A DNA stretch of 64,000 bases from Roseibacillus sp. (GTDB lineage Bacteria > Verrucomicrobiota > Verrucomicrobiia > Verrucomicrobiales > Akkermansiaceae): positions 64,001-128,000 of the forward strand of contig CBDEUM010000004.1 in NCBI GenBank assembly GCA_965242925.1, written 5' to 3'. The notes beneath the pieces are model-generated. The model was not told the origin of the DNA and did not search any database. It was given only the letters and a program-made list of their open reading frames with translations. A program made the position numbers and the translations under genes. Below are positions 1 to 9,380 of the stretch, in pieces (position 1 is the first letter of the stretch; the number at the start of each line of letters is the position of its first letter).

Positions 1-1584
1 TCCAAAGAACTGCGAACAAAATCGCTAGTGGCTACGGTTGTCCTGTCCAACCTCGACCAACGCGGTGGGGGCGTGGTAACTATCGCAGACACTGATGCCT
101 TTGATTCCCTCGTCTTCGGCGAGCAGGAGCCAAGGCGCTGGCTGGCCGGAAGCAACAATTTCAAACGGACAGAATCTTTCCAGGCACCAGAGGAGAATCT
201 CGCCCACACCAAACCTGTCCAACTCGCCCTCACCTACGCCGGGGATGGAACGATCACCGGATACCGAAATGGGCAGGTTTACGGAAAACCTTACCAGAAG
301 GAACTGCACTCCTTCAAAGCGAGAGAATCCTACCTTCTCTTTGGGCTTCGGCACGAGCCACCCGGAGACAATAGCTTCCTCTCCGGCCAACTTCTCGAAG
401 TTCACCTTTTCGATCGCGTCCTCTCAGCCGCCGAAGTAGCCGCTCTCGCAGGGGTGGAAACTGAATACGTCTCCGAAGAGCAATTAGTTGCTTACTTGGA
501 TCCAAAGGAGAAAGAACACCGAGATGCCCTCAGGAAAGAAATTGAGACCGCCCAGGAGCAACGGAAGAAAGCCGCCGATGGACAGAAACGTAAGATTTAC
601 ACTGTCGATCCCCGCCAACCAGGTGTCATGCGGGTACACGTCCGCGGAAGCGTGAAGGACTACGGAGCAGAGGTGCCCCCGGGAGGGATTCATGCGGTCC
701 CGGGCGCCAGCCCTGATTTTGCACTCGCAAAGAATGCCCCCGATCGTGAACGCAGAATCAAACTCGCCGATTGGATCTCCTCACCGAACAACCCCCTCCT
801 CTCGCGTGTCATGGTTAACCGTGTCTGGCACTATCACTTTGGCCGTGGATTCGTCCCCACTCCAAGTGACCTTGGATTCAATGGCGGACAACCCAGCCAC
901 CCGGGACTGTTGGAGTGGCTCTCCCTACAGTTCCGCGAAGGGGGCTTCCGAATTAAGGACCTTCACCGTAAGATCCTCCTCTCGGCGACCTACCGACAGG
1001 CATCGCGAAAACGGGCGAACGCATTCGAGCAGGATTCAGACAACCGTTGGCTCTGGCGCAACTCTCCACGGCGCGTCGAAGCAGAAGTCCTGCGCGATTC
1101 GATCCTGAGCGTGGCCGGAAAACTCGACCTAAAGCTCGGTGGCCAAGGATTCAAGGACTGGGAAATGAAGGAGGAGGGTACGGCCTTCTACTTTCCGATC
1201 GACAAAGAGGACAATGCCTTCAATCGCCGTACCATATACCGCGTGAATCCACGTGGCGACCGCAGCGCCCTTCTCGACAACTTCGACTGCCCCGATCCCT
1301 CGGCAGCAGCCCCCACGCGGAGTGTCACTACCACTCCTCTGCAAGCCCTTAGCCTGATGAACAATGCGTTCCTGATCCGCATGGCCGGGCACTTCGCGAT
1401 CCGGATCGAGGAGGAGGCCGGCCACGATCCCGATGCGCAGATTCGTCGGGCCTGGGAACTCGCGCTTTGCCGTGCTCCCGACGCCGAGGAGGTGCAACTC
1501 TCTCGCAGACTACGCAACACACAGGGCCTCGCCGCGCTTTGCCGTGCCCTGTGGAACAGTAACGAATGGGTCTTTATTGAGTAG
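1..1584 (+). CDS. DUF1553 (PSD1)-domain protein with LamG-like region, 5'-truncated by window edge
   Basis: Frame open from base 1. Motifs LADWISSPNNPLLSRVMVNRVWHYHFGRG, HPGLLEWL, RRVEAEVLRDSILSVAG and TTTPLQALSLMN are typical of PVC DUF1553 proteins. Confidence 0.9.
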   Translation, partial: SKELRTKSLVATVVLSNLDQRGGGVVTIADTDAFDSLVFGEQEPRRWLAGSNNFKRTESFQAPEENLAHTKPVQLALTYAGDGTITGYRNGQVYGKPYQKELHSFKARESYLLFGLRHEPPGDNSFLSGQLLEVHLFDRVLSAAEVAALAGVETEYVSEEQLVAYLDPKEKEHRDALRKEIETAQEQRKKAADGQKRKIYTVDPRQPGVMRVHVRGSVKDYGAEVPPGGIHAVPGASPDFALAKNAPDRERRIKLADWISSPNNPLLSRVMVNRVWHYHFGRGFVPTPSDLGFNGGQPSHPGLLEWLSLQFREGGFRIKDLHRKILLSATYRQASRKRANAFEQDSDNRWLWRNSPRRVEAEVLRDSILSVAGKLDLKLGGQGFKDWEMKEEGTAFYFPIDKEDNAFNRRTIYRVNPRGDRSALLDNFDCPDPSAAAPTRSVTTTPLQALSLMNNAFLIRMAGHFAIRIEEEAGHDPDAQIRRAWELALCRAPDAEEVQLSRRLRNTQGLAALCRALWNSNEWVFIE

Positions 1585-1594
1585 TCCTCTCGCC

Positions 1595-2983
1595 ATGAAT
1601 CCCGAATCATCATCAATGATCAGTCGTCGTCGTTTTTTCGACTGGGGAGCCCATGGGATTGGAGCCACCGCCGCTCTCAGCCTGCTGCAAGCGCGGAGCG
1701 CTCCCGAGCTCGCTCCTCGCGCGCGACGGGTAGTACAGATCTCGTTGCCGGGAGGATTGAGCCACCTCGACTCCTTCGACCCCAAACCCGAACTCACCAA
1801 ACGCCACGGCCAACCGTTCTCTTCGGACCACAAGCCGGACATTTTCTTTGGGAAAGTAGGTCTGCTGCGCAAGGCCGATTGGGAGTTCAAGAAACGCGGG
1901 CAGAGCGGGCTGGATATCGCCGAGCTGTTCCCGCATCTCGCTTCCATTGCCGATGAGATGACGGTCATTCGGTCTCTTGTCACCAATTCAGCTAATCACA
2001 CCCCAGCATGCTTTTTCGTCAACACGGGCTTCGAATTTAACGGATACCCTTCGCTTGGAAGCTGGGTGTCCTACGGTCTTGGCAACGAATCGGATTCCCT
2101 GCCCACCTACGTCGTTCTTCCCGATCAAAAAGGACGCCCCTCGGGGGGAGCCGACAACTGGTCCAGCGCCTTCCTCCCCGCGCAGTTCCAAGGAGTTGAA
2201 TTCAAAGCTGGCGACAAACCTGTCCGGGATCTTTATCCGCCCGCCAGCGTCACGCCCAGCTCTGACGTTAAAGTGCGAGAATTTCTGCGAGCCGTGAATG
2301 CCAAACACCAGGAGCGTGTCGGCGACGAAGCAATCCTTACAGACCGAATCCGCAGCTACGAGTTGGCCGCGCGTATGCAGCTATCGGTCCCCGAAGTCTC
2401 AAAGCTCGAGGACGAGCCCAAGTCGGTGACCGAGCCTTACGGGCTCCACGAGAAGGAAACCGAAGAGTTCGCCCGCCGCTGCATCCTTGCCCGCCGCCTG
2501 TTAGAGCGTGGCGTACGCTTCGTGCAACTCTACGCCGGGAGCCTCATTCATTGGGACGCCCACGACAAGATCGTCGAAAACCATGGCAACAACGCCCGCG
2601 CCATCGACAAGCCGGTAGCCGCCCTTGTGCGCGATCTCAAGCAACGCGGGATGCTTGAGGATACTCTTGTCCTCTTCACCACCGAGTTTGGCCGCACGCC
2701 CTTCAGCCAGGCCGAGGGCAAAGTGGGAACGGGCCGCGATCACAACCGCTACGGGTTTTCCGCCTGGATGGCTGGTGCCGGCCTGAAGCCCGGCTTTTCC
2801 TATGGCCAAACGGATGAAATCGGTTGGAAGGTGGTGGAGAACCCGGTGACGTGGCACGATTTCCATGCCACCGTTCTTCATCTCTTGGGACTCAATCACG
2901 AGAATCTCACCTTCTATCACAATGGGATTCAGCGGCGCTTGACGAATGTGCACGGCCACCTCGTGAAGGGTGTCCTCTCCTGA
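1595..2983 (+). CDS. DUF1501 family protein (Tat-like signal)
   Basis: SRRRFF twin-arginine motif; GGLSHLDSFDPKP, ARRLLERGVRFVQL, WDAH, EFGRTP, GRDH. Directly follows the DUF1553 gene, the usual pairing. ATG at 1595 chosen. Confidence 0.92.
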   Translation: MNPESSSMISRRRFFDWGAHGIGATAALSLLQARSAPELAPRARRVVQISLPGGLSHLDSFDPKPELTKRHGQPFSSDHKPDIFFGKVGLLRKADWEFKKRGQSGLDIAELFPHLASIADEMTVIRSLVTNSANHTPACFFVNTGFEFNGYPSLGSWVSYGLGNESDSLPTYVVLPDQKGRPSGGADNWSSAFLPAQFQGVEFKAGDKPVRDLYPPASVTPSSDVKVREFLRAVNAKHQERVGDEAILTDRIRSYELAARMQLSVPEVSKLEDEPKSVTEPYGLHEKETEEFARRCILARRLLERGVRFVQLYAGSLIHWDAHDKIVENHGNNARAIDKPVAALVRDLKQRGMLEDTLVLFTTEFGRTPFSQAEGKVGTGRDHNRYGFSAWMAGAGLKPGFSYGQTDEIGWKVVENPVTWHDFHATVLHLLGLNHENLTFYHNGIQRRLTNVHGHLVKGVLS

Positions 2984-3436
2984 AGTGGATCAGAAATCGT
3001 GAGACCGGGGTGCCCACAATCCTCACGGCCAGTTTCTCGGGCCCTATTTTATCTACGACGCCTTAAGGTAGGCCGACTGGGCCAAGGAGGCGCAAGGCAA
3101 GGCGTCGGTGGCGGCTGGCAAACTTGCCGACAAGACAGAGGAAAAGGAGATGGCCGAGGCCGACGAGCTGGGCATTCCTTTCACCAGGTCGGCGAAGGTA
3201 ATCAGCATCCTCAAGCGGAAGAAGGACCTCGAGGATATGTCAGGGGACATGACCCTCCAGTCCCCCCGGCGCGGGGTGCTCAAGTGGCTCAGCGACCTCT
3301 GGATTACGGCCTAAACAGTTTTTCAGGATACGCCCCCGGTGGCGTGGCGTTTCATTTCCGCCGCTGCGCCCCGGGGGTTTTCTGCGTACAGAAGTGGTCC
3401 ACCGCGACCTTGCGCCCTACAATAGTAGGGGCAAAG

Positions 3437-3524
3437 TGGCGGAGGGGGTGGGATTCGAACCCACGATAGGTTTCCCTATGCCGGTTTTCAAGACCGGTGC
3501 ATTCGACCACTCTGCCACCCCTCC
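3437..3524 (-). tRNA. tRNA-Ser(UGA)
   Basis: Reverse complement GGAGGGGTGGCAGAGTGGTCGAATGCACCGGTCTTGAAAACCGGCATAGGGAAACCTATCGTGGGTTCGAATCCCACCCCCTCCGCCA: anticodon TGA, long variable arm, encoded CCA. Confidence 0.97.
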
Positions 3525-3678
3525 TGGAGGTCGCGAGAATGCAGATTCAATGGGCTGTTCGCAATTACGAAATGATTTCCCGGATCCGGTCTGGAGGGAA
3601 GATCCGGAGAAGTTCTTTCGTGGTTCCCAAACGGTTTTCGGGGATTGCTCCGTTCCCTGGATCAGTGAAACCTGCGGC

Positions 3679-5589
3679 ATGCACAAGTCGCTCCCTCTTG
3701 CTCTCCTGTTTCTCGTGCCGCCCCTGGTGGAGGCCGCCGAGTGGCCTCCGGGGGAGCCCTCCAGCAGCAAGATCTTCAATGCACGGAAGACGGAGACCTT
3801 CCGGCATGGGGTTAACCCGGAGTGGGGCTACGCGGTGGCCCAGGAAGATGCCTTCGTGGTGATGCATCCGAAGACCAGCCTGGAAAACGCGCCTCTCTAT
3901 GTCGTGCTGCATTCCGCCGGGCATGATGTTTTCTCCTGCGTCAACTGCACGAAGACGGTCGGCAACCACGACATCTATCGTTCCCCGGACGATCACTATG
4001 CCCTCTATCTCGACTGTCGGAAGAATCGCAATGACTGGTGGTGGGGGGGGATGCACCGCCGGGACAAGGGATTGACCCAACGGAATTCCGGAGGAGACAC
4101 CATGCCGGTCGAGAAACGGGTGATCGACACCGTGCGGTGGGCAATCAAGCGCTACCGAATTGATCCCAACCGGGTATACCTGGCCGGAAATTCAATGGGT
4201 GGCAGTGGCACCCTCGGGATCGGCATGAGGCATGGGGACGTCTTTGCGGCCATCAAGGCGAATGTTCCGGCGGGGGTGGAGCACGTTTCCGAGCGTCTCT
4301 TCTTCCCGCCCAAGAGCGTTCCGGAAAAGGTGTCCCTGCCGGATCCGCCAATCTGCATCAACTATTCCGCCCAGAATGACGGCTGGTCTATTGGGCATGA
4401 TCGTTTCCTTGATGCGATGGAAGGGCGGAACTACGCGCTCTTTTTTTATTGGGGGGCCTTCGGGCATGCCAACAACTCGGCCAGCATCAAGACGGTGAAC
4501 GACCTGATTGATTCCTTCGACTGGTTGAGTGTGAGGAAGGACGAGGCCTACCCGGTCTTCACGAAGGCGTCCACCAACTCGAAGCTGCCCTGGCCCGACG
4601 ATCTCAAGAGCAGGGAGGCCGGCCAGGTCAATGCCTTCTTCCGTTGGAAGATCGTGGGGGACGCCGCCCGGAAGTTGGAAATATCTCTCTTCCTGGTTTC
4701 CCCCGGGGATCTCAAGACGCAGTTCAGGATTCCGGCGGAGGCTCGGGCTGACGTGAGCGTGCGACGGTTACAGAATTTCAGGTTGAAAGCTGGGGCGTCC
4801 TTCCAGTGGCAGTTCGGAGAAACCAGAGGAGAAGGTCAGGCTGACGCACGAGGACTGATCACGATCCCTGACTTGAAGATCAGCGACACCCCGACGGTAT
4901 TGCGGGTCGTGCCTGAATCCCAAAAAGGGGCGGCGACCCCCGGACCGGATGCAAGACACCAGGTCGAGGGCCGAGGTTGGCGACTCGACAAGGCCCGGGT
5001 CACCGATCCCACCCGGCCCCGCGTGCTATTGATCGGTGACTCCATCCTGAGCGGCTATCGCATGAGGGTGGTGGGAGCCCTGCAGCGCACGGCTTACGTC
5101 GATGCCTGGGTCAACCCCCACTGGCAGTCGGAGAACACCAACAGGCTTCTGGTCGATCTCCTGGAGAAAAACGGGCCCTACGATGTGGTTCATTTCAACA
5201 TGGGGCTGCATGGGTGGACGGAAGGGCGCATCAAGGAGGGGACTTTTCGATCGCTCACAGGGGCCTATGTCGCGGTTCTCAAGGCAAAGGTTCCCGGAGC
5301 GAAACTGATCTGGGCCAGCAGCACACCGGTGACCGCGAAGGGCGACCCCTCCCGACTGGAGGCCGAGATTAACCCGATCATCGTTGAACATAACCGGATG
5401 GCCGCCGAGGTCATGCAGGAGGCAGGGGTTCCGGTGAGTGATTTCTATACCCTGCTGCTCAACAGGCGGGAGTTGGCCAAGGGAGACCGGTTCCACTGGA
5501 CCGGTCCCGCCTACAGGTTACTGGGGGAGAAGGTGGTGGCGTCAATCCGCAGGGCGCTGGGATCGTCTCCGCCGTCCACTTCGCCCTGA
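3679..5589 (+). CDS. Secreted alpha/beta-hydrolase fused to C-terminal SGNH/GDSL hydrolase
   Basis: Signal peptide [34 protein letters not shown] nucleophile elbow; C-terminal VLLIGDSI...HFNMGLH...DRFHW. The upstream part of the listed ORF overlaps the tRNA, so ATG 3679 was chosen. Confidence 0.8.
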   Translation: MHKSLPLALLFLVPPLVEAAEWPPGEPSSSKIFNARKTETFRHGVNPEWGYAVAQEDAFVVMHPKTSLENAPLYVVLHSAGHDVFSCVNCTKTVGNHDIYRSPDDHYALYLDCRKNRNDWWWGGMHRRDKGLTQRNSGGDTMPVEKRVIDTVRWAIKRYRIDPNRVYLAGNSMGGSGTLGIGMRHGDVFAAIKANVPAGVEHVSERLFFPPKSVPEKVSLPDPPICINYSAQNDGWSIGHDRFLDAMEGRNYALFFYWGAFGHANNSASIKTVNDLIDSFDWLSVRKDEAYPVFTKASTNSKLPWPDDLKSREAGQVNAFFRWKIVGDAARKLEISLFLVSPGDLKTQFRIPAEARADVSVRRLQNFRLKAGASFQWQFGETRGEGQADARGLITIPDLKISDTPTVLRVVPESQKGAATPGPDARHQVEGRGWRLDKARVTDPTRPRVLLIGDSILSGYRMRVVGALQRTAYVDAWVNPHWQSENTNRLLVDLLEKNGPYDVVHFNMGLHGWTEGRIKEGTFRSLTGAYVAVLKAKVPGAKLIWASSTPVTAKGDPSRLEAEINPIIVEHNRMAAEVMQEAGVPVSDFYTLLLNRRELAKGDRFHWTGPAYRLLGEKVVASIRRALGSSPPSTSP

Positions 5590-5929
5590 GGAGTTCCTGT
5601 ACAAGAAACGAGGCAGCTTCCTCAAGGGAGTGAGATCGCAGAAGTCGTTGGTCTAAGATTTGTTTTTTTGCAGGACCTTGGATCTCACTCCTTCGATTGA
5701 CTGCCTGTTATGTATTTAACCGGGGGGAGAAGGTGCCGTTTTTAATTTCTCTGTTTTTTCTCCCGAGGACCCTGGTCCTTGGCGGTGCGGTGGGAGCAGA
5801 AGGCGGTCAAAGACCAGTAGGCAGGTCTTTTACGGTAGAAAGGGGAACATCACTATCCTCTTTACCCATAACCCTGGCGGGGGATAATCGAGGATCGCCT
5901 CGTGTGGCGAGCAACCAAAACGACCTATC

Positions 5930-6541
5930 ATGAAACAAGTATTCCGCTTAGTTATCACCGGGGCCAGTCTCTTGCTGGGATCCCTGACGCTGCTCTCCTG
6001 TGGGGGGGCAAAGAATGAAGCGCACGCAACAGGGGGTGAAAAATCGTACCTGCGCACCCGCGACGACATCTCAAAGAATATCAGGAACTACTTTGAGGAG
6101 GTGTCGAAGGAGAACATCGCATTCGCCGAGACTTTCTATGGGGATGAGGTCGAAGTGTGGGTGAACGACATCGTGGTAAACGGGAAAGAAGCATACGTGG
6201 ATCGCCTGAACAGGATTCACAAGGTTCTTCTGAAAGACATGACGGTCGAGAAATTGCATGTTCACACCAACTATTTTTCCCCCGAAGCACTGACGATGGA
6301 CGGAAAGACCGTTGGCGAGATGAACCCCGGGGAAGAAACAATCTGGAGCAATGCCTGGGCCATCGTGAAGGCGACGGGCAGAGTCACTGGCGAAGAGATT
6401 ACGTTCCGTATGCACATGGATTTCCGGACGTTAAAGGGCAAGGTGGTGGAGATGCTGGCCTTCTATGATCCCAGCCAGTTGAATGCGGAGATCGCCGCCC
6501 TTGAAGCGTCAGAGGCCCCGGAAGAAAAGGCGGCAGAGTAA
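5930..6541 (+). CDS. Lipoprotein with SnoaL/NTF2-like domain
   Basis: Lipobox LLSC; NTF2-like C-terminus (ATGRVTGEEITFRMHMDFRTLKGKVVEMLAFYD). Confidence 0.65.
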   Translation: MKQVFRLVITGASLLLGSLTLLSCGGAKNEAHATGGEKSYLRTRDDISKNIRNYFEEVSKENIAFAETFYGDEVEVWVNDIVVNGKEAYVDRLNRIHKVLLKDMTVEKLHVHTNYFSPEALTMDGKTVGEMNPGEETIWSNAWAIVKATGRVTGEEITFRMHMDFRTLKGKVVEMLAFYDPSQLNAEIAALEASEAPEEKAAE

Positions 6542-6565
6542 AATAATCATAAGAGATTCATGGAG

Positions 6566-6599
6566 AATCGCAGGTCCGCCGGCCTGCGATTTTTCCTTT
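6566..6599 (+). terminator. Intrinsic terminator
   Basis: AATCGCAGGTC-CGCC-GGCCTGCGATT stem followed by a T-rich tract, just after the stop at 6541. Confidence 0.75.
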
Positions 6600-6701
6600 C
6601 CATGGAGCTTCCAGTTGGATGGGAAGGGATTTAGATCGCTGGCCAAGTGCGGGAAGGCAGGTTACCTTTCAGGAAGGATTTTACTAAATGAGCTCATCTC
6701 C

Positions 6702-7127
6702 ATGAAAAGGTTCCTGTTCCTGATCGCTTCCTCAATCCTGTTCTTTGCCTCGCTGGCAACCTCGTGGGCGGATTCGTTCGTCATGGAGGCCGGCAACGGG
6801 AAGAAGCTCTACAAATGGGATGGAAAGCATCTCATGACCTATACCAACGGCAGGAAGCTCTTCAAGTGGGACGGCCAGCATATCATGCTCTACAGCAACG
6901 GGAAGAAGCTCTATCGGTGGGACGGGGTCCATCTGATGGCCTACGGCAATGGGAAGAAACTCTACAAATGGGATGGGAAACACATGATGACCTACGGGAA
7001 CGGAAAAAAGCTGTTCACCTGGGAGGGGCAATATGTGAAGGTCTATGGCAATGGGAAGAAACTCCTGAAAACGGAGGGAGTGATACCGGTCCCCTTTGTG
7101 ATCGCGTTGGTGACGGGCCAGATTTAG
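6702..7127 (+). CDS. Small secreted 17-aa tandem-repeat protein (beta-flower-like)
   Basis: Signal peptide MKRFLFLIASSILFFASLATSWA; five full repeats NG[KR]KL[YF]xW[DE]Gx[HY]xxxYx plus a partial sixth; hydrophobic C-terminal segment. Confidence 0.8.
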   Translation: MKRFLFLIASSILFFASLATSWADSFVMEAGNGKKLYKWDGKHLMTYTNGRKLFKWDGQHIMLYSNGKKLYRWDGVHLMAYGNGKKLYKWDGKHMMTYGNGKKLFTWEGQYVKVYGNGKKLLKTEGVIPVPFVIALVTGQI

Positions 7128-7194
7128 AGGCCCTGGAGGCCGTTCAAGACGATTCCGGAGGACGGCCGCGCCTGCAGACTTTCAGACTGTCCTG

Positions 7195-8136
7195 ATGAAA
7201 TATCCTCTCACCCTGTTGCTTGTTCTCCTTCTGGGACCGATGCTGCCGGCTCAGGACAAATCTTCCGCCAAGGCTGACCGCTCCCGTGTAAAGCCTGACA
7301 TGCTCGAGGGCGTACTCAGGGAACCACACATGATCTTTACCCATGTGGACGAAAGGAAACGGCGGCGGCTGACCCTGGATCTTTACCGACCCTCGGCGGG
7401 GGAAGGACCGCACCCTGCCATCGTCCTGTATTTTGGCGGGGGTTGGCAGAACGGACGACCGGGAATCTTTGCCAACCTTGCCCAGGCTCTGGCGAAACGG
7501 GGCTACGTCTGTGTAGTCCCGCAATACCGGCTCAGCGGAGAGAAACCTTTTCCCGCGGCGGTGCATGACTGCAAGGCCGCCATTCGCTGGATGCGGAGGA
7601 ATGCCCGGCGCTTCAAGGCGGACCCGGACCGGATCGCCTGCCTGGGAGGGTCCGCAGGCGGTCATCTCTCCGGATTCATGGCAGCCACCAACGGGATCAA
7701 GCGCTTCGAGGGGAAAGGCGACAATCCCGAGGTCTCCTCGGATGTGCAGTCAGCCATTGTGATGTGCGGACCGATGAACCTGCTTTCCGCTCACGTCGTG
7801 GAGCGCGTTGCGAAGGCCGCCGGGAAACCGGAAGGAGATGCCGTCATCGACTTCATGGGAGGAGCGCTTCCGGCCCAGAAGACGGGGATCTACCGGGAGG
7901 CCTCTCCACTCACCCACGTGAGCAAACGGACGCCTCCGATGCTTTTCATTGATGGCGAACTGGACCGTCCGGGGGTTCGTTACACTGAGTTCTGCGGAAA
8001 ACTGGACAAGCTCGGGATTCCCCATGAATTTGTCATGATGCCCGGGGCTCCGCATCCCTTCTGGAACATGCGGGAATGGTTTCTCCCGACCGTCAAGGCC
8101 GTGGATGAATTTCTAAGGAAGCATCTTCCGGAGTAA
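7195..8136 (+). CDS. Secreted alpha/beta hydrolase (BD-FAE/HSL-like esterase)
   Basis: Signal peptide; FGGGW oxyanion motif; GGSAGGHL nucleophile; DPDRIA; C-terminal GAPH. Confidence 0.88.
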   Translation: MKYPLTLLLVLLLGPMLPAQDKSSAKADRSRVKPDMLEGVLREPHMIFTHVDERKRRRLTLDLYRPSAGEGPHPAIVLYFGGGWQNGRPGIFANLAQALAKRGYVCVVPQYRLSGEKPFPAAVHDCKAAIRWMRRNARRFKADPDRIACLGGSAGGHLSGFMAATNGIKRFEGKGDNPEVSSDVQSAIVMCGPMNLLSAHVVERVAKAAGKPEGDAVIDFMGGALPAQKTGIYREASPLTHVSKRTPPMLFIDGELDRPGVRYTEFCGKLDKLGIPHEFVMMPGAPHPFWNMREWFLPTVKAVDEFLRKHLPE

Positions 8137-8139
8137 TCC

Positions 8140-9273
8140 ATGATGAGATTCAATTGGTTCGTGGGTCTGCTGTCTGCCCTGCTGGCAGGGGCCCTCCAGG
8201 CGGAGGTTCCGGTGAAGGAGCGCTGGCTGCGGAAGAGTGGTTACGGGCTGATGTTCCATTACGAGGCCTTCAAGGAGCATTCGCCCCAGTCCTATAATCG
8301 CGCCATTGAATCCTTTGATGTAGACCGATTCGTGGGGGAAGTTGAAGGCACCGGAGCCGGCCACATCATCTTTGTGATTGGTCAACACTGGGGCAGGTAT
8401 TGCGCGCCCAACAGCGCGTACGAGAAACTGCTGGGAGTTGGGAGCGGGGTATGGACCTCGAAACGCGATCTCATCCTGGAGATCGGACAGGAGCTTGCCG
8501 AGCGGGACATCAGGCTCATCATCTACATGACAGCACGTGCGCCCATGCGCCATTACAAGGTCATCAAGGCCCTGGGAGATACGCTGCCCAGCATTGACGG
8601 CAAACCGGCCGGTCCCGGGGTCGATCCGATGTCTCATGGTCGGAAGGTCAAGGGGTTCAGGCGCAGTGAGAATCAGGCACCAAACCCCACCTTTCTCAGG
8701 AACTGGGGGGAGGTATGTGGCGAATGGTCAAGACGCTACGGGAAGCTGGTGTCGGGATGGTGGTTCGACGGCTACAAGACCGAGATGAGGGACTCCTACG
8801 AAGCCCTCAGGAAGGAGAGATATAATGTCGACACCTGGGTGGAGGCCGTCCGTTCAGGTAATCCTGCCGCTGAGCTGGCCTTTAATGCCGGAGCCCATCC
8901 AATCCTCTCCCTCTGCACCGGGGGGAAATTGTGCCCGCACCAGACCTTCACATCGGGTGAGAACCACGGGTTCCATCAGCGGACCAAGAAGGGCCGGGGG
9001 AAGCTGTTGACGCCCGTGAATTTTCCGGCTCCGGAAGGCGTTGTCTGGCACCTCCTCCTGCCGGTCGGCGAGGGGTGGGGGACAGGTGAGGTTTCCAGGT
9101 TCGGCGTTCCCATCCTGAAGGAGCGGATTGATCACATCAATTCTGAAGGAGGCGCCGTGACCCTGGATGTTCAGGTGACTGCGGATGGCAGGATGCCCCT
9201 GGGAATCCTGCAGGTCCTCAGGGAGCTTGGCCAGGATGGCGCGAAGTTAAGGGATGGGATTCGGTCCTACTGA
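8140..9273 (+). CDS. Secreted glycoside hydrolase-like TIM barrel (GH29 alpha-L-fucosidase-like)
   Basis: Signal peptide; YGLMFHY, RDLILEI, RYGKLVSGWWFDG (WFD nucleophile motif of GH29-like enzymes). Confidence 0.6.
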   Translation: MMRFNWFVGLLSALLAGALQAEVPVKERWLRKSGYGLMFHYEAFKEHSPQSYNRAIESFDVDRFVGEVEGTGAGHIIFVIGQHWGRYCAPNSAYEKLLGVGSGVWTSKRDLILEIGQELAERDIRLIIYMTARAPMRHYKVIKALGDTLPSIDGKPAGPGVDPMSHGRKVKGFRRSENQAPNPTFLRNWGEVCGEWSRRYGKLVSGWWFDGYKTEMRDSYEALRKERYNVDTWVEAVRSGNPAAELAFNAGAHPILSLCTGGKLCPHQTFTSGENHGFHQRTKKGRGKLLTPVNFPAPEGVVWHLLLPVGEGWGTGEVSRFGVPILKERIDHINSEGGAVTLDVQVTADGRMPLGILQVLRELGQDGAKLRDGIRSY

Positions 9274-9380
9274 GGCCTGCAGGGCAGATTTGTGCGGATG
9301 GCCGGAGCCTGAAGCAGGGCTGACTTGCTTCGTTGTCCGGAATCTGATTTGCTAGGATCGTAAATTCTGGTTCCCAAGCC

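Noticed and set aside
3394..3678. N-terminal extension of the 731-aa ORF
   Set aside because: It overlaps tRNA-Ser on the opposite strand, and a clean signal peptide starts at ATG 3679.
6795..7079. 51-nt periodic DNA as CRISPR or DGR template repeats
   Set aside because: Variation follows codon structure in a protein repeat; there is no reverse transcriptase or cas gene in the window.
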